A stretch of 43,417 nt of DNA, taken from Gammaproteobacteria bacterium (GTDB lineage: Bacteria > Pseudomonadota > Gammaproteobacteria > Pseudomonadales > Litorivicinaceae). Below, piece by piece: positions 1 to 9,633 of the stretch. Position numbers and translations under genes: made by a program. The stretch's first letter is position 1. Every line of letters begins with the position of its first letter. The stretch lies in contig PAWX01000071.1 of the NCBI GenBank assembly GCA_002714245.1, positions 1 to 43,417 on the forward strand, in the 5' to 3' direction. The notes under the pieces are model-generated. The model worked only from the letters and a program-made list of their open reading frames with translations, was not told the origin of the DNA and ran no database searches.

Positions 1-29
1 AAGTTACGAATGTGTGACGGGGCTACCAA
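1..29 (-). CDS. lepA: Elongation factor 4 (LepA), 5' end only, runs off the window
   Basis: Minus strand from TTG at 29 reads MVAPSHIRNF, matching the LepA N-terminal 'xHIRNF' motif; AGGAG elements upstream; mucD-lepA is conserved synteny. Not in the ORF track. Confidence 0.75.
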
Positions 30-63
30 AGCTCCTTTGCTCCTAGCAAAAAATCGCGACAGT

Positions 64-1437
64 CTACCCGTCTAAGCGCAGGGTGAGAAAGGTTGAGTTA
101 CCGCCTCGCACAACTAACACAGGAATCGGACGATCAGTCGGCAACGAATCCATCAAACTCTGCAAATCCGAGACCTTATTTGTTTCACGACCACCTACCT
201 GAGTAATAATATCACCTACACGAAGGCCCGCGTTAAGTGCGGGGTTTTGAGTGACTTCCTTTACCAAAATCCCGCCCGGCAGGTTATTCTCCGATTTCAA
301 AGAATCTGGTACTTCATCAACGACCATGCCGAGAAGCCCTTTCGGTTGTGAAGACATCCCCTGCGCAACTTGATCAGCGTCGGGCAATAGTTCGATTGTC
401 ACATCCAAAGTCAACCGATCACCCTGTCGTACCAGCTCGACGGGGACCGAAGAGCCTGGTCGAACAAGACCGACCATCGGTGGAAGGTCTGAAGACCGCT
501 CAACGTTCTTTCCGTTGAACTGCACAATTATATCGCCGGGCTGTATTCCAGCTTTGCCAGCCGGACCAGATTCTGATGCCTGCGCAATCAGTGCTCCCAT
601 AGGTCTCTCAAGTCCAAAACTGAGCGCAAGATCCCTGTTAACTTCTTGGATTAATACTCCTAACCAACCACGACGGACTATACCGTCTTCTTTGATCTGC
701 TCGGCAACACTCATCACTAAATTCATGGGGATGGCAAAAGAGAGGCCCATGAAGCCGCCGGAACGAGTAAAAATCTGAGAGTTGATACCAACGACCTCAC
801 CCTCGAGATTAAAAAGCGGGCCTCCAGAATTTCCTGGGTTGATGGCGACGTCGGTTTGGATGAATGGAACATAACTCTCGTCAGGCAAAGCTCGCCCGGT
901 CGCACTTACGATTCCAGCTGTAACGCTATAATCGAAACCGAATGGAGACCCGATCGCAACCACCCACTGACCACGTTTTACTGACTCACTGTCAGCAATT
1001 TTGACAACGGGCAAGTCAGTGGCATCCAATTTTAGAACAGCAACATCTGAACGCGGGTCTCTGCCAACAAGTGTAGCTATATATTCACGACGATCATTCA
1101 ACCGAACAATGATGGTGTCCGCGCCTTCGATAACGTGATTATTAGTCAGGACATATCCGTCGTTCGAAATAATAAATCCGGAACCAAGAGAACGTCCCTC
1201 ACGCTCCTGAGGCGGCATAGGTACCCCACGTTCAAAAAACTCTCGAAACAATGGTGGAAGTTGTTGTAAATCAGGCATCTGCTGATTTCGTGGTGCAGCC
1301 TGCGATGAACGAGTGGAAATGTTAACAACTGCCGGAGAAACCTCGTCTACCAGCTCCGTGAACTCAGGTAACTGTGCTTGCACGTGAGCACTAAATACCA
1401 TGATGAAACCCACCACAATTTGCGATATTGCCTTCAT
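64..1437 (-). CDS. mucD: Periplasmic HtrA/DegQ-family serine protease (MucD)
   Basis: Signal peptide, TNNHV, GNSGG catalytic motif, two PDZ domains; last gene of the rpoE-mucABC operon. Confidence 0.93.
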   Translation of the reverse strand: MKAISQIVVGFIMVFSAHVQAQLPEFTELVDEVSPAVVNISTRSSQAAPRNQQMPDLQQLPPLFREFFERGVPMPPQEREGRSLGSGFIISNDGYVLTNNHVIEGADTIIVRLNDRREYIATLVGRDPRSDVAVLKLDATDLPVVKIADSESVKRGQWVVAIGSPFGFDYSVTAGIVSATGRALPDESYVPFIQTDVAINPGNSGGPLFNLEGEVVGINSQIFTRSGGFMGLSFAIPMNLVMSVAEQIKEDGIVRRGWLGVLIQEVNRDLALSFGLERPMGALIAQASESGPAGKAGIQPGDIIVQFNGKNVERSSDLPPMVGLVRPGSSVPVELVRQGDRLTLDVTIELLPDADQVAQGMSSQPKGLLGMVVDEVPDSLKSENNLPGGILVKEVTQNPALNAGLRVGDIITQVGGRETNKVSDLQSLMDSLPTDRPIPVLVVRGGNSTFLTLRLDG

Positions 1438-1841
1438 CGATTGACCCTTATTTCAAAGTTTCTTGCCCAGTGACGACTGACCACCCAACTCAGGCTAAGA
1501 CCAAACACTGCGGCACCTGCCTGGACCATTTCATTCCATCCTTGCGATTGCCCGACAATAATAGGCACGATTAAACCTACAAAAATCGGGACGTAAAACT
1601 TAATTAATTGCTGGCTCAAGCGATGTTCATCTAGACTCAATGTCACCGTTTCCCCGACACACACTGAAATGGGATCGCTAATCGGAATTTCAAAGGTCCG
1701 TATCGGAGATTTTTGGCGAAGCCAATCCGAACGACAGTGACCTACCTGCTCACACCCTGGGCACAAAACTTGGGTCACAGGGCGAACCGTTAGGTATCCA
1801 CGATGCACCGCTACAATCTTAACCGTTCGATCACAGCTCAT
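1434..1841 (-). CDS. rseC: RseC/MucC family membrane protein
   Basis: CxxC...C motif, two C-terminal TM helices, position between mucB and mucD with 4-bp overlaps. Confidence 0.8.
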   Translation of the reverse strand: MSCDRTVKIVAVHRGYLTVRPVTQVLCPGCEQVGHCRSDWLRQKSPIRTFEIPISDPISVCVGETVTLSLDEHRLSQQLIKFYVPIFVGLIVPIIVGQSQGWNEMVQAGAAVFGLSLSWVVSRHWARNFEIRVNR

Positions 1842-2809
1842 CGGGCAAGACTTAACAGTCCCTTTAAACCGTCAACATCTAGCGCTTCAATGATTGTCTT
1901 ACCAGTTTTTTGTGGAATTTCTCCCACTAACGTTACTCTCAATGCCCCGCGTGATAGTGCATAATCTTTAGCAAGAGCCACGGTTGGTCCTAGCGTAGCC
2001 TGCATATCGGGTTGTGGGCGAGTGTTGGTCAATTCAAGAAATATTGAAAAACTTCCCAAACCATCGGTATATACGAGCGTATATACGCGATTACTCCCAG
2101 CGCGAGATGGTAAGGCAGATGCAAGCTGGTAACCCGCGGGTAACCAACTCGCCGGGGAAAACTGCAAAATTGAATCAGTTTGAGTAATCGGATACACCTT
2201 CACTTGCATCGACTCCTCTCCCCCCGCAATTTCAACGATTTGTGGACCAACCGATAATTCTGAAAACTCAAATTGCTCTAGAGTCTGGTTTTCCGCATTC
2301 AAGGTTTGCAAACGAAGTAACAAAGAAGTCTCTTCGTCGACCCAAAACTTATATGTGTGTCTGTGTCCATCCATCGACTCAACAAGAACAAGCTGTGCTG
2401 ATCGATCAGCAATCCGTTCGACAGAACCGAGTGTGATTTGATAAGGAGCTTCGAAAATTTGACGAGGTACTGGATTAATAAATCCGGGAAGGGGATAACC
2501 TTGTCTCAGTACGTTAGGACCCGGAACAGCCTCAATCAAAGCATTACCCGATTGTGCTCGTTCCATCGGTTGACCCGAAAGCCGGCGCAATCTGGCTATT
2601 TCCTCACCGTTTATAACATCGTGTTGAAACGCCAAATTAGCTAACACGTCAGCACGCTGATAAACGAGTTTTCCAGAGTAAGATAGAGAACGAACCGCCA
2701 CTGCCATCGAGCGCAGTATTTCTTTTGCTGGTTCCGAACTAATTGCGAAAGCAGATTGAAATGTTAGGCTACATATACAAACGATCGTAACCAAGAGCCT
2801 AACGAGCAT
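1838..2809 (-). CDS. mucB: MucB/RseB periplasmic negative regulator of sigma-E
   Basis: Signal peptide, 'LSYSG', 'WVDEETSLLL', 'YTDGLGSFSIF', 'VGEIP' motifs; synteny. Confidence 0.9.
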   Translation of the reverse strand: MLVRLLVTIVCICSLTFQSAFAISSEPAKEILRSMAVAVRSLSYSGKLVYQRADVLANLAFQHDVINGEEIARLRRLSGQPMERAQSGNALIEAVPGPNVLRQGYPLPGFINPVPRQIFEAPYQITLGSVERIADRSAQLVLVESMDGHRHTYKFWVDEETSLLLRLQTLNAENQTLEQFEFSELSVGPQIVEIAGGEESMQVKVYPITQTDSILQFSPASWLPAGYQLASALPSRAGSNRVYTLVYTDGLGSFSIFLELTNTRPQPDMQATLGPTVALAKDYALSRGALRVTLVGEIPQKTGKTIIEALDVDGLKGLLSLAR

Positions 2810-3474
2810 TACTGGATAGGCTCGTCACGTCCCATAATACGCGCGAGTGGTAACACGGAGGTACCGCTCACTACTGCTGTGTTCTCCGCATGGCGAATTA
2901 GATATGGGCTAAGCCGTTTACTCACGAGCTGTTTCATGTCGTGTTCTGTAAGGATCCTAGCAACTGGACGCCGAGCGATTGCGTCAACTGAACTACTCAC
3001 GCCATCCACAGACACCGTTTCTCTCTGTACTGGCATCTGGAACTTCATGATCTCTAGCGGCTCTGCGGCTGCGACCGCCGGTTGTGTATCTAACGGCGCG
3101 ACAATCTTGACGCCAATAACAATAGCAAACGCTATTGAGGCGGCGACCGCTAACTGCCCGGCAATATTCCCAAATCGGCTGGGCAATGCCTCCCTCGCAG
3201 GAAGCACAGTTACATGTGGCCGAGTCACCTCGTCGCGATAATCGACAATGGGCTTCGCTTCTGTGACGCCATCTAGTTCCGCATTAATTTTGTCAAGCAG
3301 GGAATTACCGAGAACAATTTCCCCGCGCATCGTACTACTGATCGCCTGACATGATCCCCAATACCACTTCAACTCACTGCGCGTTTTGGCCGCATCGAGT
3401 ATTTTGCGTGCTTCAAACTCCGTTGCTTCCTGATCAACCAAAGCTGATAAGGATTGGCGTAAGGTCTCGGTCAT
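2809..3474 (-). CDS. mucA: Anti-sigma-E factor MucA/RseA
   Basis: N-terminal 'SLSALVDQE', TM segment 'QLAVAASIA', C-terminal 'YLIRHAE'; directly downstream of rpoE. Confidence 0.88.
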   Translation of the reverse strand: MTETLRQSLSALVDQEATEFEARKILDAAKTRSELKWYWGSCQAISSTMRGEIVLGNSLLDKINAELDGVTEAKPIVDYRDEVTRPHVTVLPAREALPSRFGNIAGQLAVAASIAFAIVIGVKIVAPLDTQPAVAAAEPLEIMKFQMPVQRETVSVDGVSSSVDAIARRPVARILTEHDMKQLVSKRLSPYLIRHAENTAVVSGTSVLPLARIMGRDEPIQ

Positions 3475-3516
3475 TCAGTCGCTACTCCAATACATACGTC
3501 CATTGTAATACTCCCA

Positions 3517-3544
3517 TTGGACAACTTCACTACAAAAAAGTTCC
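3517..3544 (-). promoter_or_regulatory. Sigma-E (AlgU)-dependent promoter for mucA
   Basis: Minus strand GGAACTT (3544-3538), 16-nt spacer, TCCAA (3521-3517): matches the RpoE/AlgU consensus; overlaps the rpoE 3' end. Confidence 0.75.
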
Positions 3545-4126
3545 GGGAAATTTATGACGAATCTCCTGAACCACATGCTCCCGCGCCCTAAATATCCGCG
3601 AGCGTACGGTGCCGATGGGACAACTCATTGCTAGAGCGATGTCATCATAGCTCATCCCTTCAAGTTCTCGAAGGGTTAATGCGTGCTTCAAATCTTGCGG
3701 TAATTGTTCAATAGCATGCAAAATTGCACGCTGCAATTCTTCAGCACCTGCCTCTTCATCTGGCGCACTCAAATCGTGTAACAAAGATAAATCCGCGGCC
3801 CCATCATCGTCCACAGAGATCCCTTTTGGTTCCTTTGATTTTGACGCCAAGTGATTTTTCGCCGTATTTACCGCGATACGATAAAGCCAAGTATAAAATG
3901 CACTTTCCCCACGAAAGGTGTGTAATGAACGAAATGCTTTTACGAACGTATCCTGTAGTACATCCAACGCATCACTTTGGTTCGGTACAAGCCTTGTCGA
4001 CACAGCCAATAATCGTGATTGATATTTCAGGACAAGGAGATCGAAAGCATGGCGATCACCAAGACGCGCGCGGTCAACCAGTAACTGATCGTTCTCCGCC
4101 TCTACTTTTTGAACCGGTGATTCCAT
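3530..4126 (-). CDS. rpoE: ECF sigma factor RpoE/AlgU
   Basis: 'AFDLLVLKYQ', 'FRGESAFYTWLYRIAVNTAKN', 'CPIGTVRSRIFRAR'. Start moved to ATG 4126 (MESPV) because the longer ORF overlaps nadB. Confidence 0.96.
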   Translation of the reverse strand: MESPVQKVEAENDQLLVDRARLGDRHAFDLLVLKYQSRLLAVSTRLVPNQSDALDVLQDTFVKAFRSLHTFRGESAFYTWLYRIAVNTAKNHLASKSKEPKGISVDDDGAADLSLLHDLSAPDEEAGAEELQRAILHAIEQLPQDLKHALTLRELEGMSYDDIALAMSCPIGTVRSRIFRAREHVVQEIRHKFPGTFL

Positions 4127-4194
4127 ACCTATACACGACTTGTTAGATAATTCATGGACTACAATGACATGAGCCATATCAAAGGACAAGTAAC

Positions 4195-5790
4195 ATGAAT
4201 AGTGAGCCACAACTCCATCAAGTGGATGTGCTGGTTATAGGAGCAGGCGCAGCAGGCTTAACCGCCGCATTATCAGTCCCCAAGCACCTTTCTGTGGCAA
4301 TTCTTACAAAAGACCCGAGCGGAGGCTCAACTCGGTGGGCTCAGGGCGGCGTAGCCGCAGTGATCGATGATGAAGACTCCGTCGAAAGCCATGTTCAAGA
4401 CACCCTGATTGCAGGCGCAGGTCTATGTCATCAAGATGTCGTTGAGCATGTTGTCTCGAATGCGCGTGAGGCAATTGACTGGCTTATCCAAAAAGGTGTC
4501 GCATTTACCAAATCCGATGAATCATTCCACCTCACCCGTGAAGGTGGACATTCGTACCGACGAATTTTACACGCTGCAGACGCTACTGGGTGGGCCATAC
4601 AACACGCATTAGATAGACAGGCAATTAGTGCGAGTAACATCGCTTTCTATCACAACTTCATCGCAGTAGATCTCTGCTTCAACCGAGGACTTGGCCCAAC
4701 GACGCAACGAGTAAGTGGCTGTTACGTGCTTAACAATCAAACCGGTGAGGTTGACACATTTCTTGCGCACGCCGTTATTCTTGCCACCGGTGGCGCTAGC
4801 AAGGTTTACAAATACACATCTAACCCTGATGGGGCTAGCGGTGACGGTATCGCTATGGCGTGGCGCGCTGGATGTCGAGTTGCGAATTTAGAATTCAACC
4901 AATTCCATCCAACGTGTCTTTTCCATCCTGACGCTAAGTCATTCTTGATCTCTGAGGCAGTCCGTGGCGAGGGTGGGATCTTACGACTTCCTGACGGGAC
5001 TCGTTTTATGCCTCGGTTCGATTCACGAGCAGAACTTGCACCGAGGGACATTGTTGCCCGAGCGATTGACCATGAAATAAAGCGTATCGGCGCGGATCAA
5101 GTGTTTCTTGATATCACACACCGAGGCGCACAGTTTATTAAATCTCACTTTCCCACGATATATGAAATATTAATCGGACTAGATATCGATATGACCACCG
5201 ATTGGATACCGGTCGTACCTGCCGCACATTACACCTGTGGCGGTGTTTTAGTCGACGGTCATGGAGAAACCGATCTTCCGGGCTTATATGCCATCGGTGA
5301 GGTAAGTTCGACTGGTTTACACGGCGCGAATAGAATGGCCTCGAATTCACTGCTAGAATGCATAGTTTATGGTCGAGCTACAGCCAAACATATAGCCCAA
5401 ACTAGTCAGACAGACCTTGAGCATGCAACTTTCACCCCTTGGGATGCCTCTCAGGTGGTAAACAGTGATGAAGATGTTGTTATCTCACATAACTGGGCTG
5501 AAATACGCCGATTCATGTGGAACTATGTTGGTATTGTTCGGACTGATAAGCGACTTCAGCGGGCTCTTAATCGGTCCCAGCTTTTGGCGCGTGAAATTCA
5601 GGACTTCTACGCCAACTACCGTGTTACAACTCATTTAATTGAATTGAGGAATTTGGTTGTCGTGGGCGAGCTCATCATTCGCTGCGCTCTCAAACGTAAA
5701 GAATCGCGTGGTCTGCATTTCACACTCGATCATCCTGATTTATCGAAGGATCCATGCGACACCATTCTTAAGCCAGATTTGGACCTTTAA
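4195..5790 (+). CDS. nadB: L-aspartate oxidase
   Basis: GAGAAG FAD motif, 'WAQGG', 'EGGHS', 'QFHPT', 'HYTCGG', 'GANRMASNSLLE'; divergent from rpoE as is typical. Confidence 0.97.
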   Translation: MNSEPQLHQVDVLVIGAGAAGLTAALSVPKHLSVAILTKDPSGGSTRWAQGGVAAVIDDEDSVESHVQDTLIAGAGLCHQDVVEHVVSNAREAIDWLIQKGVAFTKSDESFHLTREGGHSYRRILHAADATGWAIQHALDRQAISASNIAFYHNFIAVDLCFNRGLGPTTQRVSGCYVLNNQTGEVDTFLAHAVILATGGASKVYKYTSNPDGASGDGIAMAWRAGCRVANLEFNQFHPTCLFHPDAKSFLISEAVRGEGGILRLPDGTRFMPRFDSRAELAPRDIVARAIDHEIKRIGADQVFLDITHRGAQFIKSHFPTIYEILIGLDIDMTTDWIPVVPAAHYTCGGVLVDGHGETDLPGLYAIGEVSSTGLHGANRMASNSLLECIVYGRATAKHIAQTSQTDLEHATFTPWDASQVVNSDEDVVISHNWAEIRRFMWNYVGIVRTDKRLQRALNRSQLLAREIQDFYANYRVTTHLIELRNLVVVGELIIRCALKRKESRGLHFTLDHPDLSKDPCDTILKPDLDL

Positions 5791-5794
5791 TTAA

Positions 5795-6008
5795 GCTAAT
5801 CAGCTTTTGCTGAACGCGATGGATTTGTAGCGACCGGCTCAGAATATCAGCCACTGGTTTTGTTCGCTTTTTCTAACACGCAGAACAGCGACTGAGCCAA
5901 CCATTTAGTCCCCAATTTGACGCATCACACTCTTTAATCAAATATCAAATCATACATCCTGAGTTTGTAAATACATTGCATAACTATCGATAGGTCCATC
6001 TGGCACTC
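5795..6008 (-). pseudogene. Possible decayed ygfX-like remnant
   Basis: Occupies the position where ygfX normally lies (between sdhE and nadB). One minus-strand frame reads ...MVGSVAVLRVRKSEQNQWLIF*AGRYKSIAFSKS with several in-frame stops; resemblance is weak. Confidence 0.2.
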
Positions 6009-6284
6009 TCAGGGACCGGCCCGAGTAACGTCTAGATCACCACTGGCCTGTCGAATCTTGAGGACAATAGTTGCAAGTGATTCGTCTGATGGAAGCTGAA
6101 AACCACGCAACCATTCCCAAATATCCTGATCTTCACAATCTAGTAGTCTGCGATATGCTAGTTGATCGGACGGCGGCAAACTCCGGTAGTGATAGCGAGT
6201 GAAAGGCATCAACATAACATCTATCTCCAACATCCCGCGTCTGGAATGCCAAAGTAGTCGATTGAATTCAGTGCGATCGTCCAT
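6009..6284 (-). CDS. sdhE: FAD assembly factor SdhE (YgfY)
   Basis: 'RLLWHSRRGMLEID', 'LLDCEDQD' motifs; ATG 6284 preceded by GGAGGGAG. Confidence 0.92.
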   Translation of the reverse strand: MDDRTEFNRLLWHSRRGMLEIDVMLMPFTRYHYRSLPPSDQLAYRRLLDCEDQDIWEWLRGFQLPSDESLATIVLKIRQASGDLDVTRAGP

Positions 6285-6324
6285 ACTCCCTCCAGTAGAA
6301 AACCAGTTTAGCACTCAAGGACAC

Positions 6325-7122
6325 ATGATGACCTCTCCATTCAGCCTAATTCAGTTTGAGGGCGACAAGACACTTCAAGCCCTTCAAGGCCAGTGCACAC
6401 AGGCAGTCACTGGCCTGACTGATGCAAACGCACTGTTAGTCGCATTTTGCAATCCGAAAGGCAGAATGTATGGCTCAGGTCGACTTCTCAACCATCAAGG
6501 AATAATCAGCTTAATCACACCGCTCGATCAGGCTGAGATTTTGTTGAAACGGCTACGTCCTTTCCTGTTGCTATCAAGAGTAAAAGCAACCTTGACCAGC
6601 ATAGTGACTTCTTTGATCTGCAGCCCGCGTCTTGCTCCAGGCGACGTAGAGTGCACTAATGAGTCAACCATGGCTGGAGAGTTTGGCGAAACCCAGTGGG
6701 TTATAGGTGATGGTAGTCATACCCATGATCCCGAGGCTGATATACAACGACTGCATGCAGGACTCGGATTCGTCCGACAACAATCCTGCGAACTCTGCAT
6801 TCCACAACAAGCGCACTACCAAATGCTTGGTGGAGTAAATTTTAATAAAGGTTGCTACACAGGCCAAGAAGTGATCGCGCGACTAGAACATTTAGGTCAG
6901 GCAAAGAAATATCTTTTTAGGTACCAAAATACGACTACAGCACCAGGTGAAATTATCGATATTGACGGCATGAACTGCACCGTCTTTGATTCGGCCAAAA
7001 CCGAAAAGCAGCAAGTTGCGTTAGTTTTGGCGCCAGTCACTTCAACATCAAAACAATTGACCAGTGTACCCTTTACGATCGCCCGACAAGTTGAGGGGCA
7101 GCGACCAGTCAAGCTCCGATAA
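6325..7122 (+). CDS. ygfZ: Folate-binding Fe-S/tRNA-modification protein YgfZ
   Basis: 'LQGQCT', 'PKGR', signature KGCYTGQE; start moved to ATG 6325 after AAGGA; divergent from sdhE. Confidence 0.9.
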   Translation: MMTSPFSLIQFEGDKTLQALQGQCTQAVTGLTDANALLVAFCNPKGRMYGSGRLLNHQGIISLITPLDQAEILLKRLRPFLLLSRVKATLTSIVTSLICSPRLAPGDVECTNESTMAGEFGETQWVIGDGSHTHDPEADIQRLHAGLGFVRQQSCELCIPQQAHYQMLGGVNFNKGCYTGQEVIARLEHLGQAKKYLFRYQNTTTAPGEIIDIDGMNCTVFDSAKTEKQQVALVLAPVTSTSKQLTSVPFTIARQVEGQRPVKLR

Positions 7123-7764
7123 TCCCTGCTCTCTCAGCAATCGATTTACTGAGGAAAACGGTTTAGATCCGAAGAATCCTCGGTGAGCAGACAACGGGGA
7201 TGGATGCGCTGACTCTATGACCCCGTTACCCACGCTAATTAAAGAAGTGAGTTGTCTGGCGTCGTTACCCCATAAGCAAAAAATACGAAAAATTGAATCA
7301 TCAGAGAGGCGTTTGATGATCAGGTCGGTAAAATACTCCCAACCAAGATTGCGATGACTGCCCGCGTCGCCAGGCAACACCGTCAGTACTCGATTCATCA
7401 AGAGAACACCCCGTCGTGCCCATGCCGTTAGGTCACCGGTCGGGATAGCCGAAATGCCTAGATCAACCTGCCACTCCTGCAAGATATTTCGAAGAGAAGG
7501 GGGTGGTTTCATTGACTGTTTCACAGAAAACGCCAATCCCGTTGCCTGTCCAAGTCCATGGTAGGGATCCTGGCCAACAATGACTACCCGACATGAATCC
7601 GGCGCACACAACTCAAAGGCGCGGAAGCGTTGCTGTCTAGGTGGGTAACTCGTTTCAGTACTTAATCGTTCCGAGCATCTCATGGCTATCGTATCCAGAT
7701 CAGATATTCCTAGAAACGTTCGCCATGGACCCGGAAGATCAGAAAATATTCCTTCTGATTGCAT
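7048..7764 (-). CDS. ung: Uracil-DNA glycosylase, family 1
   Basis: GQDPYH, PPSL and HPSPLS motifs. Confidence 0.95.
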   Translation of the reverse strand: MQSEGIFSDLPGPWRTFLGISDLDTIAMRCSERLSTETSYPPRQQRFRAFELCAPDSCRVVIVGQDPYHGLGQATGLAFSVKQSMKPPPSLRNILQEWQVDLGISAIPTGDLTAWARRGVLLMNRVLTVLPGDAGSHRNLGWEYFTDLIIKRLSDDSIFRIFCLWGNDARQLTSLISVGNGVIESAHPSPLSAHRGFFGSKPFSSVNRLLREQGLSELDWSLPLNLSGDRKGYTGQLF

Positions 7765-7813
7765 TGTTTTGTCCTGTTCTCGTTATAATTACCGTTTGCC
7801 AAAAGGATAACGA

Positions 7814-8953
7814 ATGACCGACATTTCGGATATTGCGCCATACGAGGACGAGGATGTCCCCCATATCATCAATCGACTTATTAACGATGACAGTTTTATT
7901 GAAGCTATAGGCCGATTGAAATTCAAGGGTTGGTATTCCTTGCTCAGTCTATTTCTAAAACCAAAAATTCGTTCATTCGTGAAGTCCCGTGCGAAAAACA
8001 TACATTCAATCCACGACTTCCAGATGGAGGTTGAGCCAATACTTGCGAAGGTTTTATCCAATACCACCGAAGCCTTCACTGTGTCAGGACTCGATAATCT
8101 AAATCCTAATCAGTCTTATGTTTTTTTAAGCAACCACCGCGACATTGCCATGGATCCAACATTCGTTAACTGGGCCCTGCACAAAGGCGGTTTCCAAACG
8201 GTCCGTATCGCAATCGGTGATAATTTGGTGAAACGGCCATTTGTTGGTGACCTGATGCGATTGAATAAGAGCTTTATCGTCAAACGAAATATTTCCGGGC
8301 CACGAGAGATGCTACAAACCTATTCGGCACTTTCGCACTACATTAGAAATTCTATCGAAGAAAAACACTCGATTTGGATCGCACACCGGGAAGGCCGAGC
8401 TAAAAACGGAATTGATCGAACAGATCCCGCAATTCTCAAAATGCTGGCCATGGGCGGCAAATCACGCAAGGAATCATTTCGACGGTCTGTAGAAGCGCTT
8501 CGGATAGTTCCAGTTTCCATCTCTTATGAGTTTGATCCGTGCGCCCCAATGAAAGCGCGCGAATTGGCAATTACAGAGCGTGATGGTGAGTACACCAAAC
8601 AACCTAATGAAGACGAAGTCTCTATCGCCGAAGGAATCATGGGCTGGAAAGGCCGTGTTCATTTGCACTTCGCCCCGCCGCTTGCCGAGGTACCAGAAAA
8701 TCCTCAAGAGTTAGCTACACAGATTGATCATCAAATTATAATCGCCCAACAAGTATTTGACACAGCACGCTTCGCCGAAGCAATCCTGAGGCAGCATGAT
8801 CTTCCCGACGATCTGCTACCAGACGTAAAGGAGCGATTTCAGTCGCTTGTGTCTGGGACACCAGAAAAATATCGTGACAAATTATTAGAGATTTATGCGA
8901 ATCCCCTTCGACAGTTGGCGCTTTACCAGCAGAGCGACCCGCTGCGCCTTTAG
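7814..8953 (+). CDS. Glycerolipid acyltransferase (PlsC-like superfamily)
   Basis: HxxxxD motif (NHRDIAMD), 'IAIGDNL', 'EGRAKNG', 'IVPVSISYE'. Confidence 0.85.
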   Translation: MTDISDIAPYEDEDVPHIINRLINDDSFIEAIGRLKFKGWYSLLSLFLKPKIRSFVKSRAKNIHSIHDFQMEVEPILAKVLSNTTEAFTVSGLDNLNPNQSYVFLSNHRDIAMDPTFVNWALHKGGFQTVRIAIGDNLVKRPFVGDLMRLNKSFIVKRNISGPREMLQTYSALSHYIRNSIEEKHSIWIAHREGRAKNGIDRTDPAILKMLAMGGKSRKESFRRSVEALRIVPVSISYEFDPCAPMKARELAITERDGEYTKQPNEDEVSIAEGIMGWKGRVHLHFAPPLAEVPENPQELATQIDHQIIIAQQVFDTARFAEAILRQHDLPDDLLPDVKERFQSLVSGTPEKYRDKLLEIYANPLRQLALYQQSDPLRL

Positions 8954-9028
8954 ACCAAATTCCCCCACAAATCTAAAATTTCACCGTTATGGTATTATCT
9001 ATGCACTTCGGTCTAGGATGGAACTGTA

Positions 9029-9478
9029 TTGAAGATACTGACCCCACCACCTGGGCTGCTCGAGTTCCTCGAGCGCGCTGGAAGCAATGCCAAGATATAT
9101 GAAGTTAAATCGACCTCTGAGCATTTGGGTTTTTCGCTCGGGTGTCGTGAAGAAGAATTACTCACAACATCATTGATTCTCCACGCAGAAAAGGCTCCAC
9201 GGTTGTCTGTGCATTCCCGCAATCACAAGCCAGAGCTTTTGAGTGGTGAACGTCTCGCAAATTCAGTGCAGATCTATCTGCTGACCGGCTACTCTGCTGA
9301 ATGGATGCCACCCTTTGGCTTGCCGCACTTACTTGAAACGGCTATCGATCCTCGGTGTTTGAAGTCGCCGTGCTTATATGTCCCTGCAGGTATCCTCAAC
9401 GGTTGGATGGCTATCACCCCTGAGGAGCTTACGAGCCTAACTGATTTTAAGTACTGGAGGCGTGTGTTTGCAGCTTAG
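9029..9478 (+). CDS. Divergent YbaK/ProXp-like aminoacyl-tRNA editing domain protein
   Basis: 'TGY....PPFG', 'IDP', 'AG....I.PEEL..LT' pattern of the YbaK/INS superfamily; conserved Lys and GxxxP loop look altered. Confidence 0.55.
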   Translation: MKILTPPPGLLEFLERAGSNAKIYEVKSTSEHLGFSLGCREEELLTTSLILHAEKAPRLSVHSRNHKPELLSGERLANSVQIYLLTGYSAEWMPPFGLPHLLETAIDPRCLKSPCLYVPAGILNGWMAITPEELTSLTDFKYWRRVFAA

Positions 9479-9633
9479 GAGACGGTGAAAAAAAACCCAC
9501 CAACACGAAACACAAGCCAAAAGATGTATCCCAATGCCTTACCCGTTTTTTCAAACCGAGGACTCGAATTTTGTATCAGGAAAGCGTAACTCGACGTCAG
9601 AATGCAACCGGGCCAGGTATTCAACCTCATCAG

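Noticed and set aside
4127-4210. N-terminal extension of the rpoE ORF
   Set aside because: It overlaps the nadB start and has no sigma-factor similarity; ATG 4126 fits better.
6199-6324. N-terminal extension of the ygfZ ORF
   Set aside because: It overlaps sdhE on the opposite strand; the SD supports ATG 6325.
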